58,859 nt of DNA from an uncultured Candidatus Saccharibacteria bacterium (GTDB lineage: Bacteria > Patescibacteriota > Minisyncoccia > Phycocordibacterales > PALSA-1337). Position 1 is the stretch's first letter, and each line of letters opens with the position of its first letter. The notes under the pieces are model-generated. The model searched no databases and was not told where the DNA came from. It saw nothing but the letters and a program-made list of their open reading frames with translations. Below are positions 14,508-23,663 of this stretch, in pieces. The stretch is taken from contig CAZLCD010000002.1 in NCBI GenBank assembly GCA_964558375.1, positions 1 to 58,859 on the forward strand, read 5' to 3'. Made by a program: the position numbers and the translations under genes.

Positions 14508-15740
14508 TTATTTATCAAGCTTCTTTATATATGATTGCAGTTCAGCTAAAGGCACCACCTCTTGCGAATGAGTATCGGTATTCCTTACGATAGCTGTCTG
14601 TTCCACTGCTTCCTTTTTACCCATGATAATAGAGTAGGGTATATAATTTTTCTGCACCACAGTGACCTGCGCTCCGAGGCGATCGCGAGTTAAAGAGAGA
14701 CATAAGGAGATTTTGACCTCGCGAAGGCTTTCTATTATAGAGAGACTCAAGAGCTTGGACTCAAAACCAAGTTGTACGAAAGAAGCTACAGGCTTTTTGA
14801 ATTTTTTGATTTCTTTTCTTAGAGCTGGATCATTGCCTTTGATAAGTACAGATATGCCGACCCCTTGCAATTCTTTTTTGAAACCAATCTTTTTGGTCAA
14901 TCCATCATAACGAACGCCAGTTGCTAAGATGCGCGAAGGCTTATCCTTTTTGTCATGATCCATATTGATAATGGTGAATATGGTTTCGGTGCAGTATTTG
15001 CGATTACCGATCAAATGATTGTTGATCTTATAAGGGATTTTCAAGGCCTCTAGATACTCCAAAACTTCTTGAAAATGTGTTCTACTCGACTCTGAAAGGA
15101 AATCCATAGATTTTGGCGCTTCAGAATTTATCTTTTTGCACTTTTCATTTTGACAACTCAAAAGGTCAAAAGGATCCTTTTTTAATAGTTGCCTACATTC
15201 AGTATGCATATTATTTACATGCTTTCTATAATAATTCGTAAGTTCTTTGTTAAAGCGATGCAAAGAATCTTTATCGCCTATGCTATTTATCTCCACACAG
15301 ATATTCTTGTAACCTTCTTGTTTTAAAATAGCTCGAGCGGTTTGGATAAGTATAGCTTCGGCAATGCTTTTTGAAACTCCTATTATCTCAAGATCACAAT
15401 ATCTATTGAAAGCCGTAGCACCTTTCTTGATAGATCCTTTGAAAGGTTCTTTGAAGTAGAGCATGACAGGCTGAGGAAGGGTATGCATATTTTCTTCATG
15501 GAACATGCGAAGTAGAGCGATCTTTTCTTCTACATGCAAAGGAAGCTTGAGTAAGGCTTCTTCATCGCCATCTATAGAGTCACCATCAAGAAGACTTTTA
15601 GCAAGGTCAAGATCAGCTTTTTTGATTTCTGGGCTTTGATGTGGAGTGAAGCCATAATAAATAGAAGTTTCTCCAATCTTATCAAGATGATTGTATTCTA
15701 CATATTTATTTTCAGAAACCTTTTTGATATTTTTTGACAT
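14508..15740 (-). CDS. Histidyl-tRNA synthetase-like protein with degenerate class-II catalytic motifs
   Basis: The overall HisRS layout is present, including a C-terminal anticodon-binding-domain-like region. The motif-2 region reads YFKEPFKGSIKKGATAFNRYCDLEIIG, where FRHERPQ.GRYRQF is expected. The motif-3 region reads TGVRYDGL, where GGGRYDGL is expected. I moved the start to MSKNIKK (15740) to avoid overlapping lepB. Confidence 0.65.
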   Translation of the reverse strand: MSKNIKKVSENKYVEYNHLDKIGETSIYYGFTPHQSPEIKKADLDLAKSLLDGDSIDGDEEALLKLPLHVEEKIALLRMFHEENMHTLPQPVMLYFKEPFKGSIKKGATAFNRYCDLEIIGVSKSIAEAILIQTARAILKQEGYKNICVEINSIGDKDSLHRFNKELTNYYRKHVNNMHTECRQLLKKDPFDLLSCQNEKCKKINSEAPKSMDFLSESSRTHFQEVLEYLEALKIPYKINNHLIGNRKYCTETIFTIINMDHDKKDKPSRILATGVRYDGLTKKIGFKKELQGVGISVLIKGNDPALRKEIKKFKKPVASFVQLGFESKLLSLSIIESLREVKISLCLSLTRDRLGAQVTVVQKNYIPYSIIMGKKEAVEQTAIVRNTDTHSQEVVPLAELQSYIKKLDK

Positions 15741-15744
15741 AAAT

Positions 15745-16338
15745 TTAATTGCCAGGGAATACGGAAATTTTTGTAACCGGAAGAAGTCTAAGGAATGCTC
15801 GTCCAACAACATATCTCTTTTCCAATGGACCCCATAGTCTGGAGTCTGAGCTCTCCACACGGTTGTCTCCCATCACGAAATATTCATCGTCACCGAGTTT
15901 CTTTATAAATGAATCAGAAGCTCTATGATTGTTGCCTATATAATTTTCTGTGAGCAGAAAGCCTTCCGGATTTTCTTTGTTTATAATTTTTACCTTACCA
16001 GTCTCAATAGAAACTGTTTCTCCAGGTAAGCCGATAATTCTTTTTATAAAAAATACCTTAGGATTGTTGGGATATCGAAAGACGATTACATCTTGTCTCT
16101 CTGGGTCCGAAAAATGATAGGTCAATTGATCGACTATCAAATATTGACCGGTATTGAAGGTTGGATCCATAGATGGTCCATCCACAATAAATGGCTGAGC
16201 AATGTAAGTTCGTATCGGAATCACTATAATCAAAGCAATTACAGTGAACTTAATTATTTCCTTGAAAAAATTTTCTTTTTTCTGTGGAATTTCAGGGTTC
16301 ATTGCATCAATTGTATTATGAATGTTCGTTTGACACAA
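15745..16338 (-). CDS. lepB: Signal peptidase I
   Basis: GPSMDPTF contains the catalytic Ser box. IKRIIGLPGE and GDNRVESSDSR are also present. An alternative start is MNPEIPQ at 16302. Confidence 0.85.
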   Translation of the reverse strand: MCQTNIHNTIDAMNPEIPQKKENFFKEIIKFTVIALIIVIPIRTYIAQPFIVDGPSMDPTFNTGQYLIVDQLTYHFSDPERQDVIVFRYPNNPKVFFIKRIIGLPGETVSIETGKVKIINKENPEGFLLTENYIGNNHRASDSFIKKLGDDEYFVMGDNRVESSDSRLWGPLEKRYVVGRAFLRLLPVTKISVFPGN

Positions 16339-16365
16339 GATTTGTGATCATGTCATACTTATGTT

Positions 16366-16944
16366 ATGTCATATATTATCGTTGGTTTAGGAAATCCAGG
16401 TCAAGAATATGAAAACACACGTCACAATACTGGACGTATCGTGCTTATGTCTCTTACCGATGACGAATTCTCATTCAATAAAAAAATAAATGCTCTAGTT
16501 TCAGAAATAAAAATCGGCAAGGAGAAAGTAAAGCTCATCGCTCCAGAAACCTTTATGAATAATTCTGGCAAATCTGTCGCTAATCTTGTTAAAAGTGTAA
16601 AAGCTGCAGAAAAGCTTGTAGTGATCTATGATGATTTCAATTTGCCTATTGGTAAAATCCGAATTTCATTCAACAGAAGCTCTGGTGGACACAATGGAAT
16701 AGAGTCTATTATAAAATCTGTGAAAACCGAAGCCTTCGTACGTATAAGAATCGGCGTTGCACCAGAAACTGCAAAAGGTCTAGCCAAAGTTCCTCATGGA
16801 GAAGAAAAAATAGAGAAATTTATCCTAGGTAAATTTAAAGAAGATGAAATGAAAGTTATAAAGAAAATTTCAAAGACCGTCGCAGAAGCTTTGGAGGTTT
16901 TGGTCAAAGAGGGGAGAGATAAGGCGATGAGTTTGTTTAATTAG
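16366..16944 (+). CDS. pth: Peptidyl-tRNA hydrolase
   Basis: IIVGLGNPGQEYENTRHNTG and GGHNGIESI are canonical Pth motifs. Confidence 0.9.
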   Translation: MSYIIVGLGNPGQEYENTRHNTGRIVLMSLTDDEFSFNKKINALVSEIKIGKEKVKLIAPETFMNNSGKSVANLVKSVKAAEKLVVIYDDFNLPIGKIRISFNRSSGGHNGIESIIKSVKTEAFVRIRIGVAPETAKGLAKVPHGEEKIEKFILGKFKEDEMKVIKKISKTVAEALEVLVKEGRDKAMSLFN

Positions 16945-17063
16945 GTCAAAATTAGACAATTAAGCTTTTTTATACTATAGTACTCTTGTTATCAAAATAC
17001 ATGTGTTAAACCCGCAAGTTTCAACTTTATTAATTAAAAAGCGGATCACATGTCAATTAAAAT

Positions 17064-18182
17064 ATGATTAAAAAAACCGAGAAGGTTAAGAAGGAGAAAG
17101 TAGTTGTAAGTCCTAAACTAGACACCTTAATGGATCGTATTATAAACGATTCAGCAAACCCTCCAATCTCCGGAGATCTTGTAGAAGGTCCAGTTATAAA
17201 TATAGAAAAATCAGCAGTATATATAGATCTAGCACCATTTGGTACCGGTATCATTTTTGGACGTGAATATATCACAGCTCGAGATATCATTAAGAAAATC
17301 AATATCGGAGACGTCGTAGCTGCCAAGGTTGTAGAGACAGATAACAAAGATGGCTACATAGAACTTTCTCTAAAGGAAGCTAGACAAGCCCTTATCTGGA
17401 GTGAGGCAGAGATAGCTATCAACAACAAGACCACATTAGAGCTTCCTATTATAGAGGCTAATAAGGGTGGACTCATTATACAATGGCAAGGTATTTCTGG
17501 TTTCCTTCCAGCTTCACAATTAAAGACAGAACATTATCCTCGTGTAGCTGATGGAGACAAAGACAAGATTCTTGAAGAATTAAAAAAGCTTGTTGGTACA
17601 AAGATCTCCGTATGCATTATCTCTGCAATTCCAAAGGAAGGTAAGCTTATCTTCTCTGAGAAAAATCCAGAATTGAAAGATAAGGGAGAAATTATCGGCA
17701 AATATAAAGTCGATGATGTTCTAGAAGGTACAGTAACAGGCATCGTAGACTTTGGAGTTTTTGTAAAGCTTGAAGATGGGCTCGAAGGTCTTGTGCATAT
17801 CTCTGAGATAGACTGGTCACTTGTAGAAGATCCTCGAACACTATTTAGAACTGGTCAGAAAATCCGCGTAAAGGTAATTGAAATTAAAGAAGGTAAAGTC
17901 TCTCTATCTATCAAGGCTCTTAAGGAAAATCCTTGGGTAGAAGCTGGAAAGAAATACAAGAAAGATCAACAAGTTCAAGGTGTTATCATCAAGTTCAACA
18001 AGCATGGAGCTCTAGCTTCTATAGAAGAAGGAGTAGCTGGACTTGTGCATGTATCTGAATTCGGCTCAGAAGAAAAGTTGAGAAAAACTTTGGAGCTTGG
18101 TAAAACTTACGATTTCAAGATCACATTGTTTGATATCAAAGAACAAAAGATGGCTCTATCTTTCGGAGGGGAGAAGAAGTAG
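17064..18182 (+). CDS. rpsA: S1 RNA-binding repeat protein (ribosomal protein S1-like, four S1 domains)
   Basis: Repeated S1 motifs are present: G.V..I......Y.DL, GTVTGIVDFGVFVKL, GLVHISE and GVIIKFNKHGALASI...GLVHVSE. Confidence 0.7.
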   Translation: MIKKTEKVKKEKVVVSPKLDTLMDRIINDSANPPISGDLVEGPVINIEKSAVYIDLAPFGTGIIFGREYITARDIIKKINIGDVVAAKVVETDNKDGYIELSLKEARQALIWSEAEIAINNKTTLELPIIEANKGGLIIQWQGISGFLPASQLKTEHYPRVADGDKDKILEELKKLVGTKISVCIISAIPKEGKLIFSEKNPELKDKGEIIGKYKVDDVLEGTVTGIVDFGVFVKLEDGLEGLVHISEIDWSLVEDPRTLFRTGQKIRVKVIEIKEGKVSLSIKALKENPWVEAGKKYKKDQQVQGVIIKFNKHGALASIEEGVAGLVHVSEFGSEEKLRKTLELGKTYDFKITLFDIKEQKMALSFGGEKK

Positions 18183-18183
18183 G

Positions 18184-18867
18184 TTAATTCCCCCATACTC
18201 CTACCCAAAAATTCCTTTTATAGGACTTGCCATTGAACTTGGTATAATGCGTCTCTTTGTCTAGGTATCTAGGTTCGCCCAAATGCGAATAACTTGCAAT
18301 AAGATCTTCTCTAGAAAAAACTCTTTCGGTTAGCCCGATGTCTGGCATTATATAAGTGTCTTTATCGGGGCCTGGATGAGTGGAAAGAAGAGTCTGAGCA
18401 TTTTTGTCTCCATCTTTACAAAGAGTTCTCAAGAAAAAATATCCATTGGTTTTTAACACACGCTCGATCTCCTTTAAATAAACTCCGCGCTCTTTCTCTG
18501 AAAGGGAATTTGAAGATGTAATATCTAGAATAATATCGAAAGAATGATCCGGAAAGGGAAGCGTATCGCCAATATTTCCTTTAATAAAGTTTCCATGAGG
18601 AGCAAGTTCTTTTGCGTATTTTAAAGCCGTCTCTGAAATATCTACACCAGTTACCTTGTTATCAAACCCTTGTTCAGAAATGTAAAAGCTATTTTTTGCA
18701 TTACCACATCCAAGGTCCAAGATATTTAAGTTCGACATTTCCAAGCCAACTTCTTTACGTGCTTTACGCAAAAAACGCACAAAGTCCTTAACACTTGAAA
18801 GTGGCTCTAGACTTAGGCTTACAAGCTTCGGGTCTCTATATTCCTTTTCCCAGATATGTTCTTGCAT
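18184..18867 (-). CDS. Class I SAM-dependent methyltransferase
   Basis: Motif I ILDLGCGNAKNS and a post-I acidic residue in VTGVDIS. Confidence 0.7.
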   Translation of the reverse strand: MQEHIWEKEYRDPKLVSLSLEPLSSVKDFVRFLRKARKEVGLEMSNLNILDLGCGNAKNSFYISEQGFDNKVTGVDISETALKYAKELAPHGNFIKGNIGDTLPFPDHSFDIILDITSSNSLSEKERGVYLKEIERVLKTNGYFFLRTLCKDGDKNAQTLLSTHPGPDKDTYIMPDIGLTERVFSREDLIASYSHLGEPRYLDKETHYTKFNGKSYKRNFWVGVWGN

Positions 18868-18895
18868 AATTATTATGATATACTAACATTACATT

Positions 18896-19534
18896 ATGAT
18901 AATTACATACTTTGGTGGGGAATTTTTCAAAGTTCAATTTGGGGATACGACCCTAGCTTTTAACCCTATTTCCAAGGATTCAAAGCTAAAGTCTAGTCGT
19001 TTCGGAGCAGATATCGTCCTTTCTTCCGCAAATCACATGGATTTCAATGGCTTCGAGCAAGTCACTCATGGTGAAAAAAAGCCATTTATAATCTCTGGTC
19101 CTGGAGAATACGAAGTCAACAGCGTGTTTATAAAGGGACTACCTTCAGAGTCAAAGTATGATGGCAAGGATCTTATAAATACTATATACACTGTATCTCT
19201 TGAAAATATGAATATCTGTTTCCTTGGAGCTATCAACAATGCCGAATTAAAAACAGAAACTATCGAAGCTCTCGATGAAATAGATATACTCTTTGTACCT
19301 ATAGGTGGAGAGGGAGTGCTTGATCCTGTGAAGGCTTACAAATTTGCTGTATCTCTAGAGCCCAAAATCATTATCCCGATGCACTACGGAGATGTGGGTA
19401 TCGCAGACTCCCTAAAGACTTTCTTAAAAGAAGCAGGAGAAAATCCAAAATCAGAATCCAAGCTTACCTTAAAAAAGAAAGATCTTGAAGGTAAAGAGGG
19501 TAATATTATAGTTATCGATTCATCAAAAGAATAA
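18896..19534 (+). CDS. Metallo-beta-lactamase-fold hydrolase (UPF0173-like)
   Basis: The N-terminus IITYFGGEFFKVQFGDTTLAFNP and VLSSANHMDF resemble the UPF0173 family. The metal motif is only partly recognisable. Confidence 0.5.
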   Translation: MIITYFGGEFFKVQFGDTTLAFNPISKDSKLKSSRFGADIVLSSANHMDFNGFEQVTHGEKKPFIISGPGEYEVNSVFIKGLPSESKYDGKDLINTIYTVSLENMNICFLGAINNAELKTETIEALDEIDILFVPIGGEGVLDPVKAYKFAVSLEPKIIIPMHYGDVGIADSLKTFLKEAGENPKSESKLTLKKKDLEGKEGNIIVIDSSKE

Positions 19535-19546
19535 TTAAAATAATCC

Positions 19547-19819
19547 ATGAATAATTATTTAGAAAATTTAAAAAATAAACCAGATCATATTAAAAAACGT
19601 TTTGCTTTCGTTACATCTCTATCCGTCACCCTTATTATCTTTATGGGCTGGATGGTTTCGTATAGTCTAAAGTCTCAGACTGCAGTTTTGGCAGATGCCC
19701 CAGCCTCTTCTTTGACCGCCAATGTTTCAAATATTTTTAAAGATATAAAGAATATTTTTAGTTCAAATAAAGTTGAATTTGATGCAAATGACATAGAGGT
19801 AACAGGTGGAACAAGATGA
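19547..19819 (+). CDS. Small membrane-anchored hypothetical protein
   Basis: 90 aa with one TM segment. Its stop overlaps the valS start by 4 nt. Confidence 0.45.
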   Translation: MNNYLENLKNKPDHIKKRFAFVTSLSVTLIIFMGWMVSYSLKSQTAVLADAPASSLTANVSNIFKDIKNIFSSNKVEFDANDIEVTGGTR

Positions 19820-21942
19820 ACGAAAAGTTTTTAAAACCCTATAATCCTCTCGAAACAGAAGATAGTATATATAACGCTTGGATTAAAAGCGGATATTTTA
19901 ATCCTGACAACCTACCGCCTCGCCATAAGGAGCCATACACTATTGTTCTTCCTCCTCCAAATGTAACTGGTAACCTTCATATGGGACATGCAGCTATGAT
20001 TGCTATAGAGGATATTTTGATACGTTACAAAAGAATGAAGGGTTACAAGACCCTATGGATACCAGGTACAGATCATGCAGCTATCGCCACTCAGTCAAAA
20101 GTAGAAAAAGAGCTTGAAAAAAAAGAAGGTAAGAAGAGGCGAGACATAGGTAGGGAGGAATTTTTGAAGCATGTCGATGCTTTTGCAAATGCTAGTCATG
20201 ACACTATCGTAGGTCAGATAAAAAAGATGGGGGCTTCTGTAGACTGGTCTCGAGAAGCTTTTACTTTGGATTCCAAGCGAACATTGGCTGTGCGCACCGC
20301 TTTCAAAACAATGCACGATATGGGACTTATATACCGTGGCAATAGAATTATAAATTGGGATCCCAAAGGCCAGACAACAATATCTGATGATGAGATAGTT
20401 TATGAAGAAAGAAAAACTAAGATATATACCCTTAAGTATTCCAAAGACTTCCCAATATCAATAGCTACTACAAGACCAGAGACAAAGGTAGGAGACACAG
20501 CTGTTGCTGTGCATCCAGATGATGTTCGTTATAAAGATTTTATCGGCAAAACTTATCCGATAGACTTTGCAGGAGTAAAGCTTTCCATAAAAGTAGTAGG
20601 AGATACAGCTGTAGATCCAGAATATGGCACGGGTGCTGTGGGGGTGACTCCAGCGCATAGTTCTATAGATGCAGATATCGCTTCTCGACACTCACTACCA
20701 TCTATCCAAATCATCAATGAATTTGCAAAGATGATGCCTAATACTGGTATCGTCGAAGGTTTGAAAGTAAATGAAGCACGAGAGAAGATAGTCTCTTGGC
20801 TTAAAGAGAATGCCCTTTTGGAAAAAGAAGAAGAGATGGTTCAAAATATTTCTACAGCCGAAAGAACAGGTGCAGTTATCGAACCTCTACCTAAGCTTCA
20901 ATGGTTTATCGCTGTGAATAAAACTTTCAACAATTCTGGCAAAGAAACTACCTTGAAAGAGATGATGAAAAGTAAAGTCGAAAGTGGGGAGATAAAGATT
21001 CTTCCAGATCGATTTGAAAAAGTTTATTTTAATTGGATCAACAATCTTCGTGACTGGTGTATCTCGAGACAGATCTGGTATGGACACCGGATACCTGCTT
21101 GGTATAGAGGAGAGGAAGTGTATATAGGTATCACTGCTCCCGAAGGTGATGGATGGATTCAGGATGAAGATACTTTAGACACATGGTTTTCTTCTGGACT
21201 GTGGACATTCTCAACCCTTGGTTGGCCAGAGAAGACAATAGACCTAGAAACTTTCCACCCGACCGATGTTCTAGAAACCGGCTACGATATTATTTTCTTC
21301 TGGGTTGCACGTATGATACTTATGACTGGATGTCTGCTAAATACTATTCCTTTCAAAACTGTTTATCTACATGGACTTGTACGTACATCGAAAGGGGAGA
21401 AGATGTCCAAATCAAAACCAGAAACTAGCATAGATCCGTTAGATATGATTGCCAAATATGGTGCAGACGCCACTCGTCTTTCTCTGATTATCGGCAATGG
21501 TCCAGGCAATGATCTCAAACTTTCAGAGGATAAGATAAAAGGTTACAAAAACTTTTCAAATAAACTTTGGAATATTACCAGATTCGTTCTTTCTTCTACT
21601 GAGGGAGAGAAGTTGGAAGGAAAAGTTCCAAACAAAGAGCTTGAAGAGATTTTAAAAGATGTAACTCTAGATATTGAAAATTATCGTCTATATCTTGCTG
21701 CAGAAAAACTCTATCATTATGTCTGGCATCGTTTTGCGGATGAGATAATAGAAGAAAGTAAAAAGATTTTTAAAGAGGGAAGTGAAGAAGAAAAGAAAAA
21801 TCGCAGACAACTTCTTCTTCACATCTTATCTCAAGTTTTGATTGCCCTACATCCTTTTATTCCTTATGTTACAGAAGAGATCTGGAAGGATATGCCTATC
21901 GATAATAAAAAAATGTTGCTGATTGAAGAATGGGTGGGGTAA
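19816..21942 (+). CDS. valS: Valyl-tRNA synthetase, short form lacking the C-terminal coiled-coil
   Basis: PPPNVTGNLHMGHA (HIGH region) and KMSKSK are present. At 708 aa it is shorter than typical bacterial ValRS. Confidence 0.9.
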   Translation: MNEKFLKPYNPLETEDSIYNAWIKSGYFNPDNLPPRHKEPYTIVLPPPNVTGNLHMGHAAMIAIEDILIRYKRMKGYKTLWIPGTDHAAIATQSKVEKELEKKEGKKRRDIGREEFLKHVDAFANASHDTIVGQIKKMGASVDWSREAFTLDSKRTLAVRTAFKTMHDMGLIYRGNRIINWDPKGQTTISDDEIVYEERKTKIYTLKYSKDFPISIATTRPETKVGDTAVAVHPDDVRYKDFIGKTYPIDFAGVKLSIKVVGDTAVDPEYGTGAVGVTPAHSSIDADIASRHSLPSIQIINEFAKMMPNTGIVEGLKVNEAREKIVSWLKENALLEKEEEMVQNISTAERTGAVIEPLPKLQWFIAVNKTFNNSGKETTLKEMMKSKVESGEIKILPDRFEKVYFNWINNLRDWCISRQIWYGHRIPAWYRGEEVYIGITAPEGDGWIQDEDTLDTWFSSGLWTFSTLGWPEKTIDLETFHPTDVLETGYDIIFFWVARMILMTGCLLNTIPFKTVYLHGLVRTSKGEKMSKSKPETSIDPLDMIAKYGADATRLSLIIGNGPGNDLKLSEDKIKGYKNFSNKLWNITRFVLSSTEGEKLEGKVPNKELEEILKDVTLDIENYRLYLAAEKLYHYVWHRFADEIIEESKKIFKEGSEEEKKNRRQLLLHILSQVLIALHPFIPYVTEEIWKDMPIDNKKMLLIEEWVG

Positions 21943-22015
21943 AAGATTATTTAAATAAAAAAGAACCGGTAGTCATCACTGATAACCGGGTCTTGATTCT
22001 GAACACTATCTGATT

Positions 22016-22447
22016 TCACTTCTCCACCTTGATCTTGGTGGCGATAAAGGAGGAACTCTCAGTGGTGTGGACAGTTCTTGATGAAAGGTTGTGAATAATT
22101 ACTTTGTCACCTTCCACAAGGTTTTCAGAAGCAACCGCAAAGGCCACTTCCTCTCGAGTTTTTTCATTGTCTATTATCAAGACTTTTAGAACTAAAACTC
22201 CAAAATTTCCCCCACGGAATAACTCTTTCCCAGTCACTATCCCTTTGAGCTCACCCTTTAGGGTAAGTGTATTGACCACTCCATGTGCGGTACTCATCAC
22301 AATTTTTGAAATTTCAACATCAGATTTCTTTGGTGATGTGGATATGGCAAGGAGAAACATTAAAACAAAGGCAAGTGGTAAAATTAGAAACCGGACTATT
22401 TCCTTCAATGACTCAGTGGACTTTGACTCAGAAGACTTTTCTCTCAT
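22016..22447 (-). CDS. Hypothetical membrane-anchored protein
   Basis: 143 aa with one TM segment. No recognised motif. Confidence 0.45.
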   Translation of the reverse strand: MREKSSESKSTESLKEIVRFLILPLAFVLMFLLAISTSPKKSDVEISKIVMSTAHGVVNTLTLKGELKGIVTGKELFRGGNFGVLVLKVLIIDNEKTREEVAFAVASENLVEGDKVIIHNLSSRTVHTTESSSFIATKIKVEK

Positions 22448-22620
22448 AATTTTTATCTAAGTTTTTATTTCTCTAAATGATTTTCTGAAAAATAAGGAGT
22501 CCTTAGCTCTGAAAAGAGCCAATCTATCCGGAATATTTATATATCAAATTGTCATAAATATCAACTTTATAAAAAAGGACACCGAGCTACCTTGTGGGTG
22601 GCCCGGCGTGTGTAAAAATT

Positions 22621-22872
22621 TCAGCTGGCTTCAAGGAACTGATCAATGGTTTCCACGATAGACATATTGTGTGGAATTTGTGTACCTTTGGCGACACAAG
22701 TTATGACAACTACTAGTGTCCGTGGAAAATCGTTGTTACGTACCAGACCTTCCACTAGGTCTGTGCAGATAATTAAATCTGCATTTCGGGGATCTGTAAT
22801 TAGCAGATCTCCATGATCAATCAGAAGATTTTTTAAGAGATCTTCGTACTCTGTCGACAGGAAAATTTTCAT
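22621..22872 (-). CDS. Hypothetical small protein (second gene of a two-gene cassette)
   Basis: An 83-aa ORF 5 nt downstream of the 66-aa ORF, followed by a GC-rich hairpin and T run on the minus strand. Confidence 0.5.
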   Translation of the reverse strand: MKIFLSTEYEDLLKNLLIDHGDLLITDPRNADLIICTDLVEGLVRNNDFPRTLVVVITCVAKGTQIPHNMSIVETIDQFLEAS

Positions 22873-22877
22873 AAAAT

Positions 22878-23078
22878 CTAATCTCTGTCACATTCTGGAA
22901 GACAACTTCTTCCTATCCTGACTCTCTCGGCCAACCTCATTGACCCGATATTTACAGGCCAATAATTAACAACAAACTCACCTATAACGATGTAAGTTCG
23001 TTGACGTTCTTTTTTCTCGTCCCTATCGACAGCTGCCTCCATTTTACGGAAGGCAAACTGGATTTGTGATTCAGTCAT
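22878..23078 (-). CDS. Hypothetical small protein (first gene of a two-gene cassette)
   Basis: A 66-aa ORF preceded by AAAGGAAAGG and a near-consensus promoter. Confidence 0.5.
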   Translation of the reverse strand: MTESQIQFAFRKMEAAVDRDEKKERQRTYIVIGEFVVNYWPVNIGSMRLAERVRIGRSCLPECDRD

Positions 23079-23120
23079 TTTCTAGCCTTTCCTTTTCAAG
23101 TTGCGGTTGTACTAGCCAAA

Positions 23121-23149
23121 ATCATACACCCGTTGGGGAGACTTGTCAA
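23121..23149 (-). promoter_or_regulatory. Near-consensus sigma70-type promoter for the 22621-23078 cassette
   Basis: The minus strand has TTGACA (23144-23149), a 17-nt spacer, then TATGAT (23121-23126). Confidence 0.65.
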
Positions 23150-23190
23150 GTGTGTATTTATGTGGTTTTATTTGACCCTTATAGCATTAG

Positions 23191-23643
23191 CTATTTTACC
23201 ATCTCCTCAACCACTGCCTTTACATCTGCGCCATCAGCTTTACCTTTAAGCTCCTTCATAAGAGTGCCTATGAACTGACCCATTTTAGTTTTATCAATAG
23301 CACCACCAGACGCTAGTTTGGCATCAACAACCTTTCGTATCTCATCTCTACTCATAGTAACAGGCAAGAAAACTTCAAGTATAACAAGCTCGGCTTTTTC
23401 TTTATCAACAAGATCCTTTCGACCACCTTTTTCAAACTGCTCTATGGAATCCCGATGTTGTTTTACGCTTCTTTTAATTAGAGTTAATGCGCCTTCATCA
23501 TCGATAAAGGTCTCCGCACTGCCTTTGGCTATAAGCTCATTGGAAAAGAGAGCGGTTAAGCTTCTTAAGGTATCAAGCTTAATAGAATCCTTGGCTCGCA
23601 TAGCGTCTACTATTTGTTTTTTGATATTTTCATGTATTGTCAT
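23191..23643 (-). CDS. GatB/YqeY domain protein
   Basis: I...I.DAMRAKD...L.TLR.L is the typical YqeY N-terminus. 150 aa. Confidence 0.75.
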   Translation of the reverse strand: MTIHENIKKQIVDAMRAKDSIKLDTLRSLTALFSNELIAKGSAETFIDDEGALTLIKRSVKQHRDSIEQFEKGGRKDLVDKEKAELVILEVFLPVTMSRDEIRKVVDAKLASGGAIDKTKMGQFIGTLMKELKGKADGADVKAVVEEMVK

Positions 23644-23663
23644 ATGCTGTTATAATAGCATAT

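Noticed and set aside
16990-17055. Inverted repeat ACATGTG..CCGC / GCGG..CACATGT upstream of the S1-repeat gene as a regulatory structure
   Set aside because: The arms are imperfect and AT-rich with a long loop. Without conservation data it cannot be told apart from a chance palindrome, so I did not list it as a feature.
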